Shown here: one piece after another, positions 37,250-47,698 of the stretch | Layout of the letters: each line of letters starts with the position of its first letter | Numbering within the stretch: position 1 is the stretch's first letter | Assembly (NCBI GenBank): GCA_036679605.1 | Contig: JAZDCZ010000180.1 | Coordinates: 1-64,000 of the forward strand | Reading direction: 5' to 3' | DNA length: 64,000 nt | Origin: Gemmatimonadota bacterium | GTDB lineage: Bacteria; Gemmatimonadota; Gemmatimonadetes; Gemmatimonadales; GWC2-71-9 | Notes under the pieces: model-generated | What the model was told of the DNA's origin: nothing | Databases searched by the model: none | What the model saw: the letters and a program-made list of their open reading frames with translations, nothing else | Program-made: the position numbers and the translations under genes

Positions 37250-37983
37250 AACCAACTGCCTGTCAGAGCAAGCGCCATGACCACCAGAGCGAATCGGGTC
37301 GATCCTAGTGTCGGCCACAGCCACCTTGCGATCAACAGTCCGGAACAAGCTACAATTCCAATTCCTATCAACCCACCAGAATCGAAACTCCTGATCAACC
37401 ATGCGGCAACAAGCGGCAATGCGAATCCAAGCACTAGTCCCGTCATTGGCCCCGCCGCTCTTAGTCCTGATTGCAAGAGTGGGGTAGCCAACTGCTGGGC
37501 TACTTGCGTCCCAGCACGCCAACCTGCGAACAACGCCCAGGTTCGCAGTGTCAAGTGGATCGAATTATAGGCCAACAACGCGACGACGATCGCCACCACA
37601 GGAGACACTGTCACTGCAAGGACAAGACCTAGTCCCGAGCTTATGGGAAGCGCGCCAGCCCATATCAGTTGGTCGCCAATGGAGCCCAATGGCCCTGTGA
37701 GCGCCTTTCTCAGGTGAGACAACTTGTGATGATCGACGCCGTCAAATTCGGCGCGGGCGAGAGCGCCTACAGCGAACGCGGTTAGATACGGATGACCGTT
37801 GAAGTACTGGTTGGCACGCCCCAGCGCCTCCCTGTAATGAGAACCTTCTGGGCCTCCGGGCAAATCACGCAGAATCGGCTCACTAGCAAAGGCCACTCCA
37901 GTTCCCACCATCCGGTCGTAGTTCCACGACGCCTGTACCAAGAATGTTCTAAGATACACTAGCATTGCCGACGGCATTCTCAT
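37246..37983 (-). CDS. PTS mannose-family IID component
   Basis: QASWNYDRM, FNGHPY, GPLGSIGD. Confidence 0.9.
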   Translation of the reverse strand: MRMPSAMLVYLRTFLVQASWNYDRMVGTGVAFASEPILRDLPGGPEGSHYREALGRANQYFNGHPYLTAFAVGALARAEFDGVDHHKLSHLRKALTGPLGSIGDQLIWAGALPISSGLGLVLAVTVSPVVAIVVALLAYNSIHLTLRTWALFAGWRAGTQVAQQLATPLLQSGLRAAGPMTGLVLGFALPLVAAWLIRSFDSGGLIGIGIVACSGLLIARWLWPTLGSTRFALVVMALALTGSWL

Positions 37984-38651
37984 GATAACACCACGACTCC
38001 GACCAACCCCCCCGCCAGTCCGAGAAGGAACCAACGGAGCACCACCTTGCGTCCAATCAGTCGGAATGTCCCGTCAGCCACAGCTCCGAGAGAAGCGCCT
38101 ACCGCAACAACGCTCAGATATACCGCCCCCTCAAGGGTCATTGGCAGCCAGTTCTTGACCACCAGGGCCAGCAACAGACCGAAGGCAGTTATAAGCAAAG
38201 ATCGGAGTGCATCACGCCCAAGGCCACGCATGTGAAGGGCACCGAGAGCGCGCCGATCTCCACTATCGAGTGCAGCACGATGCTTTTGAACGTCTCTTGC
38301 GTTCAGAGTACGTATCGCATGGATTCCGACACCACCGAGGTACGCTGTCGCCAGCCCGACGCCAACGCCCACTCCTGTTCCAAAAACAGACGGAGCCCCA
38401 ACCGCAGCAACCGTAGCAGCTACCGCGCCCAGCCCAAAATCAGGATACCTTGATGCGCCAACCGGAAGCACACCCAGGGCGAACAGCTCCAAGACGATTC
38501 CCACCGATGCCCCCGCCACAGGATCTCCCACAATGATGCCTGCTACTGTGCCCGCCACCAGTGGTCTCGAAACCATGATCTGTGGCACCGTCACAAGATC
38601 CAAACCGACGACGACACTCCAAAGCATCAGCCAACCCAAGTGGTCGATCAT
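37980..38651 (-). CDS. PTS mannose-family IIC component
   Basis: SRPLVAG, ELF.LG..PVGA..PD. Confidence 0.88.
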   Translation of the reverse strand: MIDHLGWLMLWSVVVGLDLVTVPQIMVSRPLVAGTVAGIIVGDPVAGASVGIVLELFALGVLPVGASRYPDFGLGAVAATVAAVGAPSVFGTGVGVGVGLATAYLGGVGIHAIRTLNARDVQKHRAALDSGDRRALGALHMRGLGRDALRSLLITAFGLLLALVVKNWLPMTLEGAVYLSVVAVGASLGAVADGTFRLIGRKVVLRWFLLGLAGGLVGVVVLS

Positions 38652-39121
38652 GCCATCTCCGCCAACGGCACCTGCCGCGCCGAGGGAAGGTCCTGGGCCG
38701 TAACCTCAACGCCACTCTCAGAAATCGATTGGAGTACGGCGAGTTCGTCGTCCGACAAGAAAACGTACGGTAGCCGTCTCCTTCGATCGTCACGCTCGTG
38801 AACTCCACCTATGTTCACTTTTTGAACGGCGTCGTTTGCGTGACATACCCGGGCCAATGTATCGACGTCTGCCACTATCACAATGGTGCGTTGCGGCGCG
38901 GACATCCACTCCTCTAGAATGTCGGAGGCTCCGGCTACCGAAGAGAACTCCACCTCCATACCGGGGGGAACTCCCAGCCTGTATAGCTCACGCTCCCAAT
39001 CGCTCGCGCTTACCCTGTCATCTATCAACAGAATCCGATCGATGTCCAGGGCATGGCCCCATCCGACTACTACCTGACCATGGATCAGCCTGTCGTCTAG
39101 ACGAACTAACGTCAGGCTCAC
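38648..39121 (-). CDS. PTS mannose-family IIB component
   Basis: [11 protein letters not shown]. Confidence 0.93.
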   Translation of the reverse strand: MSLTLVRLDDRLIHGQVVVGWGHALDIDRILLIDDRVSASDWERELYRLGVPPGMEVEFSSVAGASDILEEWMSAPQRTIVIVADVDTLARVCHANDAVQKVNIGGVHERDDRRRRLPYVFLSDDELAVLQSISESGVEVTAQDLPSARQVPLAEMA

Positions 39122-39498
39122 AGATCCACCGTTCGAATGCCCCCAACTCCAGCTGAGACTGCCCTCTTTGCAGCAGCGGATGGAGTTGTCTCTCGGTGGT
39201 ATACGAAATCGATCAGCATCGGCAAGTTCATGGCTGTGACGACCGCCACCTCGTCTCTTCCATGGAGTTCTCTCAGGGACGCCTGCAGGCAACTTCCTCC
39301 CGCCATGTCTGTGAACACTATTGCGGCCCCTTCACCGGTGGCCGCCGCGATGTTGTGGCAGAGAGTGTCTAGATCCGCACCTTCGTTCGTCACCGCCTCC
39401 AACGCACCCAGCTTGCCGGTAATGCCTTCGACCGCCTGCACGATGGCTGCAGAAAGGCCGGCATGAGAGACTACCACGCCTCGGAGGGCCTTACTCAT
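39118..39498 (-). CDS. PTS mannose-family IIA component
   Basis: VVVSHAG, TDMAGGS, MNLPML. Confidence 0.9.
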   Translation of the reverse strand: MSKALRGVVVSHAGLSAAIVQAVEGITGKLGALEAVTNEGADLDTLCHNIAAATGEGAAIVFTDMAGGSCLQASLRELHGRDEVAVVTAMNLPMLIDFVYHRETTPSAAAKRAVSAGVGGIRTVDL

Positions 39499-40459
39499 AA
39501 TCTTCTGAAAGGTACTCCTTCAGCTCCTGCTGCTCCGCCATCTTGTTCAGCAGCTTCTGATTCAAGGCCTGGGCCGGACTATGACCGCTGAAGTGCAGCA
39601 GGTGATTTAGCGCAACGACCTCGGAGACAACTGTGATATTCTTGCCGGGATTCAGCCGTACGGTCACCAATGGTAGGTCGACCCCAAGGATCGTCGTGGT
39701 CTGTTGGTCCAGACCTGTACGATCTACGTCTCCCGGGCTGTCCCAATCCTGCAGCTCCACGACGACCTCAATACGCTTCTGAAGACGTACTGCACGAACT
39801 CCAAACATTGCCGAAACATCGACGATTCCAACCCCGCGAATCTCCATATAGTTGCCCGACAGCTCGTCGGCCCGACCAATCAGCACGTCCGTGCCTCGCT
39901 GCATCACGTGAACGGTATCATCCGCTACTAGACGGTGACCTCGTTCAACAAGGTCGAGAACACATTCGCTCTTGCCTATCCCCGATCTTCCTCTGAACAG
40001 TAGTCCTACACCGAACACGTCGGCCAGCGAGCCGTGAACTGTAGTCATCGGCGCAAAAACTTCTGTGAGGTACGGTGTGATCCCTCGATAGAATTCGCTT
40101 GTCTTGAGTTTCGAGCGCAATACCGGAATACCTCTCTCCTTGGCAAGCTTCACCAATTCACGCGGCACCGTTTGCCCTTTCGTCACAAAGAGACAAGGCA
40201 TGTCAAAATCCATCAATGTCTCCAGCGCTCTGCGCCGGGCCTCCTTGTCGAGTGTTCGGAGGTAAGCGATCTCGGTCTCTCCCAGTGCGTGCAACCGGGC
40301 CCCCAGGAAACGATCGGTGAAGCCGGCGAGGATGAGTCCCGGACTGGACACCTCGGGCACAGTCACCTTCCTATCGAACCCCATTTCGCCCGTAAGCGAA
40401 TCGAGTTGGAGTTTATCTTTCTTTCGCTCGAAGAGATCACCTACCGTCAGATGTTTCAT
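39491..40459 (-). CDS. hprK: HPr kinase/phosphorylase
   Basis: [22 protein letters not shown]. Confidence 0.96.
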   Translation of the reverse strand: MKHLTVGDLFERKKDKLQLDSLTGEMGFDRKVTVPEVSSPGLILAGFTDRFLGARLHALGETEIAYLRTLDKEARRRALETLMDFDMPCLFVTKGQTVPRELVKLAKERGIPVLRSKLKTSEFYRGITPYLTEVFAPMTTVHGSLADVFGVGLLFRGRSGIGKSECVLDLVERGHRLVADDTVHVMQRGTDVLIGRADELSGNYMEIRGVGIVDVSAMFGVRAVRLQKRIEVVVELQDWDSPGDVDRTGLDQQTTTILGVDLPLVTVRLNPGKNITVVSEVVALNHLLHFSGHSPAQALNQKLLNKMAEQQELKEYLSEDYE

Positions 40460-40767
40460 GGTTCCGACAGACCCGAAGTTTGGTGCACAGGGTGTTCACT
40501 TTGTTTGTCGAGCTGATTGCGGAGCTTCGCCGCAGCCCGATCTACGGCCGTGCGAAAGTCGGCCGCTTCGGCCGATGCGATCTTAATGATGCCACGTGCC
40601 AACCGTAACTTCAATTCGACTACTTGGGCGCCGTGGTCCTCGTCGAAGACGATCTCAGCACTCTGCGGCCTACTCGCTATCTTTGCAACCTTGTTCAATA
40701 CATGCTCCGCTCTTGTCCTCAATTCGTCAGAGATCTCACAATGGCGTGCTGTTATCGTAATTTGCAT
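40456..40767 (-). CDS. hpf: Ribosome hibernation promoting factor (HPF/RaiA)
   Basis: MQITITARH...AVDRAAAKLRNQL. Confidence 0.85.
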   Translation of the reverse strand: MQITITARHCEISDELRTRAEHVLNKVAKIASRPQSAEIVFDEDHGAQVVELKLRLARGIIKIASAEAADFRTAVDRAAAKLRNQLDKQSEHPVHQTSGLSEP

Positions 40768-40770
40768 TTG

Positions 40771-41898
40771 TTAGCCAACTCCATTGGAAGTAGTTCTTGT
40801 AATTGCCTCGAGCATGTGCTCTTCAGTCTCTTCGGCTGCCTGACTCCAAGAAAACCTCTCGGCAAATTTGCGCGCGGAGCGGCCCATCTCCTCGACGCGG
40901 GCACCATCGGAACTGAGCCGCGATATCTCTCTAGCAAGGGCAGCGTGGTTGCCATGCTCCACCAAGACTCCGGTCTGTCCATCAACGACAGATTCTCTGA
41001 GACCCGGACTGTCGGAAGCGACTGCCGGCGTTCCACATGCCGCTGCCTCAATATTGGTGATGCCCCAACCTTCCTTTGCGGACGGGAAGATCACGGCCCA
41101 GGCCCGTCGCAGTAGCCGACGTTTCTCTTCTTCGGAAATGAACCCCAGGAACCGGACCGCGTCACCAAGATCCAGTTGCCGCGCGAGCTTGCGGAGCCGA
41201 CCCAAATCGTCGCCTCTGCCCGCGATCTCTAGCTCCGCTTCGTGCCCGGCCTCCCTAACCGCTGCCATTGCCCGAATCACCGACTCAATGCCCTTGTATC
41301 GTCTGATCCGACCAACATAAAGGAATGTGGGCTTCTCCGCTCTGCTCGTCGCACACGGTGAGAACCACTCAAGATTCACTCCGGGAAAAATTACCCGAAC
41401 GGACGATGGCCTCACACCCCGCATCACCAAATCGTCTCGCGTACTGGTGCTGATGGCGTGAAATGCGGCCCGACGATATACCGTCGGTATAGCCTTCTCC
41501 GCGAGCCAGACAACTGTCGCTATCGGCAATGACGTCTCCTGAAACGCGGTCGTGCCAAAGAGGTGTGGGACGATGACGTATAGCGGCAGCCTGGTCATCG
41601 TTGGTAGGTACAGCGGCAGCTTGTTGATGTCCTCGACAACAACGTCGAAGGACCCACCCTTCAGCGCACGCCGCACCGCCCCCCTCCCTTTCAGGGCAAA
41701 AGTGTGCCTGCCTCCGACTCGCCTCACATCAATTCCCGATACGGTAGCTCGAGGCGCCGCGCCCTTCCATCCGGAAGTCACGAGAGTTACCTCGTGCCCG
41801 CGCTGCACTAGCCGGCCGAAGATTTCAAAGAAGTGGACCTCTGCTCCGCCGAATTGCGGGTTCTCCAGGTCGACCCAGTTGACAGCGAGTATCCTCAC
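40771..41898 (-). CDS. Glycosyltransferase family 4
   Basis: GGAE, YVGRI..YKG, EGWGI...EAAACG. Confidence 0.92.
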   Translation of the reverse strand: MRILAVNWVDLENPQFGGAEVHFFEIFGRLVQRGHEVTLVTSGWKGAAPRATVSGIDVRRVGGRHTFALKGRGAVRRALKGGSFDVVVEDINKLPLYLPTMTRLPLYVIVPHLFGTTAFQETSLPIATVVWLAEKAIPTVYRRAAFHAISTSTRDDLVMRGVRPSSVRVIFPGVNLEWFSPCATSRAEKPTFLYVGRIRRYKGIESVIRAMAAVREAGHEAELEIAGRGDDLGRLRKLARQLDLGDAVRFLGFISEEEKRRLLRRAWAVIFPSAKEGWGITNIEAAACGTPAVASDSPGLRESVVDGQTGVLVEHGNHAALAREISRLSSDGARVEEMGRSARKFAERFSWSQAAEETEEHMLEAITRTTSNGVG

Positions 41899-42317
41899 AG
41901 ACGACCGAGTCGACGGGCCATAGCGTCCAACACTCCGTTGACGAACGCTGGGGCCTTGGCCCCAGCAAACCAGCGGGCCAACCGAATTCCCTCATTGATC
42001 GTCACCCGCGGTGGAACCGACCCTTCCTCCAACTCGTGAAGCGAAAGACGTAGGATATTCCGTTCAATAATTCCGATCCGGTCCAGACGCCAGTTGTCCG
42101 CAGCCTTCTCGATCTCAGGATCGAGTCTCGGAATCGCCGCTACTACGGCCTCGACTCTCTCTTCGGCTTGTTCGACTGCTCGAACCCACCGCGAGTCTCC
42201 CTGCAACAAACCTGCTGCCACACCCGGAACGTCCGGAGATCCTTGGATCTCCCAAGCGTAGAGGAGCTGCAAAGTGCGAGCCCGCACCTTGGTCTCTGGC
42301 CTAAGCACCGCGCCCAA
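41895..42317 (-). CDS. nusB: Transcription antitermination factor NusB
   Basis: AR...LQLLY, NWRLDRI, INE, FVNGVLD. Confidence 0.93.
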   Translation of the reverse strand: MGAVLRPETKVRARTLQLLYAWEIQGSPDVPGVAAGLLQGDSRWVRAVEQAEERVEAVVAAIPRLDPEIEKAADNWRLDRIGIIERNILRLSLHELEEGSVPPRVTINEGIRLARWFAGAKAPAFVNGVLDAMARRLGRL

Positions 42318-42774
42318 ACTGCTGGAGGACCCGCGCCGTGGCTACCGCTGCTTCTGCAGCCTCAGCTCCCTTGTTGCCCGCATCACCACCTGCCCTCGCC
42401 AGTGCCTGCCCCATGACCTCGCAGGTGAGCACGCCGAAGCCAACCGGGATACCGTGTTGCCTTGCAACGGTGCTAATGCCCCTAGCCGTCTCTGACGCGA
42501 TGTATTCGAAGTGTGTCGTCTCACCCCGGATAACAACTCCAAGCGCCACCGCAAGAACGTACTTGCCCGTGGCGAGTCCACGGTCAATCACTAGTGGAAG
42601 CTCAAACGCCCCAGGTACCCAAACAACATCGACATCTCGAGTGCCGAAGCCGGCGTTACTCAATGCATGTTCTGCACCCTCGAGCAGCTTGCGCGTAACA
42701 CTTTCATTGTAGCGTCCCGCAACCACCAATGCGCGCCCATCGAGTGGACGCGCTGTGCTGGATCCGCCAGTCAT
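42301..42774 (-). CDS. ribH: 6,7-dimethyl-8-ribityllumazine synthase
   Basis: VPGAFELP, IRGETTHF, GNKG. Confidence 0.95.
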   Translation of the reverse strand: MTGGSSTARPLDGRALVVAGRYNESVTRKLLEGAEHALSNAGFGTRDVDVVWVPGAFELPLVIDRGLATGKYVLAVALGVVIRGETTHFEYIASETARGISTVARQHGIPVGFGVLTCEVMGQALARAGGDAGNKGAEAAEAAVATARVLQQFGRGA

Positions 42775-42775
42775 G

Positions 42776-43981
42776 TCAGCGAGAGAAGAGATGGCCCAGT
42801 TTGTCGCGCTTCACGGCCAGGTAGTCTCGATTCTCGGCCGTAGTGTCGACGACGATGGGAACTCGCTCGACGATCTCGAGACCGTACCCGTCCAAGCCCA
42901 CGAGTTTATGAGGGTTGTTCGTGAGCACCTTGATCGATCTGAGCCCCAAATCCAATAGAATCTGGGCACCGACCCCATAGTCTCTGAGATCGGGCGCGAA
43001 CCCAAGCTGTTTGTTTGCTTCAACGGTATCGTGTCCTTCATCTTGCAGCTGGTAAGCCTTGAGTTTGTTCAAAAGACCGATGCCTCGCCCCTCCTGGTCG
43101 AGATAGACGACCGCCCCCACTCCCTCATCTGCAATCATCTGCATCGCACACGCCAGTTGCCATCCGCAATCGCAGCGCGCTGAAGCGAATACGTCTCCCG
43201 TCAGACACTTCGAGTGCATCCGTACAAGAACATCTTTCCGCTGGGTCAGATCGCCATACACCAGAGCGATATGTTCTGCCTTGTCCACGTCGTTGGCGTA
43301 TCCAATAATCCTAAACTCTCCAAAGGGAGTGGGCAGTCTCGCATCGGCCACACGATGAACCAATCGCTCATTCCGCAGTCGATATGCCACCAATTGAGCA
43401 ACTGTTACTAAGGTCAGGTCGTGTTCCTTCGCGAATTTCACCAGCTGCTGCCGCCGCATCATCGCCCCATCTTCCGCCATCACTTCGCAAATGACGCCCG
43501 CTGGGACTAGACCGGCCAAGCGAGCCAGATCTATACTCGCCTCAGTATGCCCAACCCGTTGAAGAACACCGCCCGGCCGCCCTCTCAACGGAAATACGTG
43601 ACCCGGTCGCCGAAGATCGGCGGGCACCGTCTTACGATCGATCGCGACCTGAACTGTCCTAGCCCGATCGGCAGCCGAGATCCCGGTAGTCACTCCAAAC
43701 CGCTCTGCCGCATCAACACTCACGGTGAATGCTGTCTCGGAAGATTCGGTATTGGTTGCCGCCATCTGCGGTAGCTCAAGCTCGGCGCAACGCTCTGCGC
43801 TCAGTGCCAGGCAGATGAGTCCCCTGCCATACCGCGACATGAAGTTGATCGTTTCAGGCGACACGTGGGCCGCAGCACCAACCAGGTCGCCTTCACACTC
43901 CCGGTTTTCGTCGTCTGCTACGACGATCAACCGGCCTTCACGAATATCTGTAATTGCCTGCTCTATCGTACCTATCTGCAT
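42776..43981 (-). CDS. ribBA: Bifunctional DHBP synthase / GTP cyclohydrolase II
   Basis: DDENRE.EGD, GHTE, RMHSKCLTGD, QEGRGIGL. Confidence 0.96.
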   Translation of the reverse strand: MQIGTIEQAITDIREGRLIVVADDENRECEGDLVGAAAHVSPETINFMSRYGRGLICLALSAERCAELELPQMAATNTESSETAFTVSVDAAERFGVTTGISAADRARTVQVAIDRKTVPADLRRPGHVFPLRGRPGGVLQRVGHTEASIDLARLAGLVPAGVICEVMAEDGAMMRRQQLVKFAKEHDLTLVTVAQLVAYRLRNERLVHRVADARLPTPFGEFRIIGYANDVDKAEHIALVYGDLTQRKDVLVRMHSKCLTGDVFASARCDCGWQLACAMQMIADEGVGAVVYLDQEGRGIGLLNKLKAYQLQDEGHDTVEANKQLGFAPDLRDYGVGAQILLDLGLRSIKVLTNNPHKLVGLDGYGLEIVERVPIVVDTTAENRDYLAVKRDKLGHLFSR

Positions 43982-44002
43982 CGGCAGTCATCTCCCGCCA
44001 CT

Positions 44003-44596
44003 CTAGCCTTGCCTCTCATTGACCAACTGACGCACAAACTTGCCGATCATATCGGCTTCAACGTGCACCCTATCGCCGGGCTTCAACTTGCGCAGGGTCG
44101 TGTTCTCTAGCGTGTAGGGTATTAACGCGAACTGGATCAAACCGGGTTCCAGGATCTCGTTAACAGTAAGACTCACACCGTCGATCGTGATCGACCCGTG
44201 CGGCACTGTGATTTCCGCGACTTCCGCCGGCACACTGACGTTCACCAACGTCGCATCGGCCTCATTCTCTACGGCGGTTATCGTTCCAACCGCATCCACA
44301 TGCCCCTGCACCAGATGCCCTCCAAGCCTCTCCCCTATTGGGAGCGCCCGCTCGAGGTTAACCTCGTCGCCCTCCACGATCTCATCAAACCACGTCCTGC
44401 CTCTCGTCGTAACCACTGCATCTACGGCGAATGAGTCGTCGCAGCAGTCTACGACAGTGAGACAAGCACCGCTTATGGCAATGCTCTCTCCGATCTCCAG
44501 ATCGGAAAACGTGGCTCGGACCCTGAACCTCAGACGGTCCCCGCTCCGCTCGACTGCGGAGATTTCGCCAACTTCGGTCACGATTCCAGTAAACAT
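44003..44596 (-). CDS. ribE: Riboflavin synthase
   Basis: MFTGIV N-terminus; GGHLVQGHVD. Confidence 0.95.
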   Translation of the reverse strand: MFTGIVTEVGEISAVERSGDRLRFRVRATFSDLEIGESIAISGACLTVVDCCDDSFAVDAVVTTRGRTWFDEIVEGDEVNLERALPIGERLGGHLVQGHVDAVGTITAVENEADATLVNVSVPAEVAEITVPHGSITIDGVSLTVNEILEPGLIQFALIPYTLENTTLRKLKPGDRVHVEADMIGKFVRQLVNERQG

Positions 44597-45663
44597 AGCT
44601 CTCGATCTACTACCAATAATGTATCCCTGCCAAGGCTCCTGCGCTCGGTGGGCACCCAGCCCGACACGCAGTCGAGTGCCGTGGGATGGGCTGGACCCAG
44701 CCCCGGGACACCCGATCCGAGTAAAATGGGGGCCTGAATCCAATAGAGTCGATCGACCACGCGGGCATCCAGCAATTCGCGGGCTAGCGTCCCGCCCCCT
44801 TCAATCAAGATGGATTCAATACCCTTGGCTCGTAGGGCCCTAAGAGCCTCGCCAATGCCGCTGGCTGCCAAGACCTCTACCTCGGTTCCCTCGAGATCCG
44901 CTTCGGATTCGCGACTCTTGCCAGGTTCGGCCACTAATATGGTCGGGGTCGTTCCGGCAGTCTGGGCGATTCTCGACAGCGGTGAGAGCCGCCCGGACCG
45001 GCTGAAAACGATTCGCGTGGGAGGCACCCGCGGCTCGATATCCCCCCTTACTGTAAGCTGAGGATCGTCCTCCTCTACCGTACGGCGCCCCACTCCCAAA
45101 GCATCAAATCCAGCGCGGAGCCAGTGCACGTAGTTGCGGGCCACTTCCCCTGATATCCACTGGGATCTCCGATTTTCGTCCGCGATGAACCCGTCCAGAG
45201 ACGTGGCGAGCTTGAGGGCCACGTATGGAAGATCCGTGCGCGTGCGACTCAAGAGGAACTGCGAATTCAAAGCCGCCGCCTCGGCTGCGCAGACGCCGCT
45301 CGCGACCTCGATTCCTGCGTTACGCAGACTCTCGGCGCCGCCTGCAGCTGCCCGATCGGGATCTTGAACAGCAAAGACGACGCGCTTGACTCCAGCCGCC
45401 TCTAGGGCGTCGGTGCAGGCGGCAGTTTTCCCTTGGTGACAGCACGGCTCGAGGTTGATTACACAAGTCGCACCTTCAGCGGATTCGCACGAATCGAGTG
45501 CCGCGACCTCGGCGTGCGGCGCCCCAAATTCCCGGTGATACCCCTCTCCAACAACCTCACCATCCTCGAGCAACACCGCACCAACCAGGGGGTTTGGCGC
45601 AACTCGTCCCCAGCCTTGAAGTGCAAGCGAGATAGCCCGCATCATTGCCTGCTCCTCCGTCAC
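44578..45663 (-). CDS. ribD: Bifunctional riboflavin deaminase/reductase
   Basis: PNPLVG, HAE, LEPCCH, SLDG, IEGG. Confidence 0.95.
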   Translation of the reverse strand: MTEEQAMMRAISLALQGWGRVAPNPLVGAVLLEDGEVVGEGYHREFGAPHAEVAALDSCESAEGATCVINLEPCCHQGKTAACTDALEAAGVKRVVFAVQDPDRAAAGGAESLRNAGIEVASGVCAAEAAALNSQFLLSRTRTDLPYVALKLATSLDGFIADENRRSQWISGEVARNYVHWLRAGFDALGVGRRTVEEDDPQLTVRGDIEPRVPPTRIVFSRSGRLSPLSRIAQTAGTTPTILVAEPGKSRESEADLEGTEVEVLAASGIGEALRALRAKGIESILIEGGGTLARELLDARVVDRLYWIQAPILLGSGVPGLGPAHPTALDCVSGWVPTERRSLGRDTLLVVDRELCLLES

Positions 45664-45703
45664 CTCTTGCCGCCCCCCGGTTGGCACATGGCGATCGCCA
45701 CCC

Positions 45704-46726
45704 TCACACCAGCTCCACTCCGGTTCCCGGCACGACATTGCCCGCTACCCAAGTGCCTACGCCCGCCACGTCCGCGGCCGCACGTACGGACCCGAGTTCA
45801 TCTTCGGGAACGGCAGCAATCATGCCCACTCCCATATTGAACACCCCGAACATTTCGGCCTCGCTTACGTGCCCCGCATCCTGTAGGACACGGAAAAGCG
45901 GCGGGACTGGCCATGCGTCGCGCCGGACAACGGCACCACATCCATCGGGTAAGGTCCTTGCCAGGTTTCCCGGAATCCCACCGCCGGTTATGTGTGCTAA
46001 TCCATGCAGCTGCCGCAACACGGGAGAAATGGCTCTCCAATAGCTGACGTGGACGGATAGAAGCAGTTCGCCCACCGAAGCACCCAGTCCGGGCACTTCG
46101 CTGTCGATGTCGAGCCCCATGTCCGCGAACAGAATCTTTCTGGCGAGCGTGTATCCGTTCGTGTGAAGCCCACTCGATTCATAGCCCACCAGTAGATCAC
46201 CAACTTGCACAGCGTCGCCGGACAGGATCCAGTCCTCCGACACGACACCAGCGATCGTGCCCGCGAGATCGTAGTCACCCTCACTGTACAGGTCCGGTAG
46301 CTGGGCTGTTTCACCTCCGAGAAGCGGCATTTCATGCTGGCGGCAGCCGCGGCCGACACCGTCGACAATAGAAGCGACGACGTGGGGGTCCAGCGCCGCA
46401 CCGGCAACGTAGTCCTGAAACGCCAAAGGAGTTGCCCCTTGCACAAGGATGTCGTTGACACAGTGGTTCACGAGATCCTCACCGATCGTGTCGTAGCGCC
46501 CCGCCCTGAGAGCAACCAGGATCTTGGTCCCAACACCGTCCGTGCTCATCACCAGTACCGGCTTGCCAACATCTTCCGGAATTCGGACCATCCCGCCGAA
46601 GCCTCCGAAGGCCCCGAGCGTATCAGATGAACGAGTTGAGGAAACGGTATCCCGAATTCGCCGCTTGGTCTGCTCGGCAACCTCGAGATCGACCCCGGAT
46701 TCGCGATAACGGTCGGCCGATTGCAT
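45704..46726 (-). CDS. purM: Phosphoribosylformylglycinamidine cyclo-ligase
   Basis: TDGVGTK, GGETA, SSGLHTNG, HITGGG, FNMG. Confidence 0.96.
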   Translation of the reverse strand: MQSADRYRESGVDLEVAEQTKRRIRDTVSSTRSSDTLGAFGGFGGMVRIPEDVGKPVLVMSTDGVGTKILVALRAGRYDTIGEDLVNHCVNDILVQGATPLAFQDYVAGAALDPHVVASIVDGVGRGCRQHEMPLLGGETAQLPDLYSEGDYDLAGTIAGVVSEDWILSGDAVQVGDLLVGYESSGLHTNGYTLARKILFADMGLDIDSEVPGLGASVGELLLSVHVSYWRAISPVLRQLHGLAHITGGGIPGNLARTLPDGCGAVVRRDAWPVPPLFRVLQDAGHVSEAEMFGVFNMGVGMIAAVPEDELGSVRAAADVAGVGTWVAGNVVPGTGVELV

Positions 46727-46763
46727 TGCTATCGGGAAGATCGCCCGGGTCTAATCATCTCAG

Positions 46764-47696
46764 TCACGCCCCAGCCGGATCATGCTCCGGATCTACCTGG
46801 AAGTGGACCAAGTCGCTGAATTCCCGGACCCTTGCAGTCACCTCAGCAGCTCCAATCTCCTGGAACCGATCGATAGAAAAGCGCTCCACCGCGAACGAGC
46901 CCATGGCTGAGCCGTAGACCATGGCGCGGCGCAAATCAGCAGGAGTCAGGTCGTTGATTCCGGCGAGATGCGCCATGAATCCGCCGGCGAATGCGTCCCC
47001 CGCCCCAGTCGGATCGAACACCTCCTCCAGAGGGAACGCCGGGACGTAAAACACGCGGTCCGGTTGTACGAGCACCGCACCGTAGGCACCTTGTTTGATA
47101 ACCGCCATCTTCGGTCCGCGCTCCAAAATCCATCGTGCGGCACGGTAGATGTTCCAGTCTCCCGATAGCTCACGCGCTTCTGAGTCGTTCACCAAGAGAA
47201 CGTCGATCCGTCCTAGCAAGTCCAGCAGCACCTCACGCTTGCCCTGGATCCAGTAATTCATCGTATCGCAGGCTACCAACCGTGGTTCGCGGATTTGGTT
47301 CAGAACGCTCAGTTGCAATTCCGGATCGATGTTTCCGAGGAAAACCATCTCCGTGTCTCTAAATTCATCGGGTATTTGCGGATTGAATTCTGCAAATACG
47401 CCTAGCCGCGTATCGAGGGTCTCGCGGCTCTGCAGATCGTAAGAATACTTGCCCTTCCAGCGGAAACTCTCTCCTGCTTTCCGCTCCACCCCGGCCAAAT
47501 CGACGCCGCGCTCACGTAAGCGTTCGAGCGCATCGAACGGATAGTCTTCACCAACGACCCCGACCATGCGAACCTCGTGCAGCAGCGAGGCGGCATAACT
47601 GAAGAAGACCGCGGATCCACCCAAAGCGTCGGCATTAGATCCGAAGGGGGTCTGTACGGAATCGAGGGCAATGCTTCCAACCACGAGTAATGACAC
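46764..47696 (-). CDS. PfkB-family carbohydrate/nucleoside kinase
   Basis: LGGSA, DPTGAGDAFAGGF. Confidence 0.92.
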   Translation of the reverse strand: MSLLVVGSIALDSVQTPFGSNADALGGSAVFFSYAASLLHEVRMVGVVGEDYPFDALERLRERGVDLAGVERKAGESFRWKGKYSYDLQSRETLDTRLGVFAEFNPQIPDEFRDTEMVFLGNIDPELQLSVLNQIREPRLVACDTMNYWIQGKREVLLDLLGRIDVLLVNDSEARELSGDWNIYRAARWILERGPKMAVIKQGAYGAVLVQPDRVFYVPAFPLEEVFDPTGAGDAFAGGFMAHLAGINDLTPADLRRAMVYGSAMGSFAVERFSIDRFQEIGAAEVTARVREFSDLVHFQVDPEHDPAGA

Positions 47697-47698
47697 GA

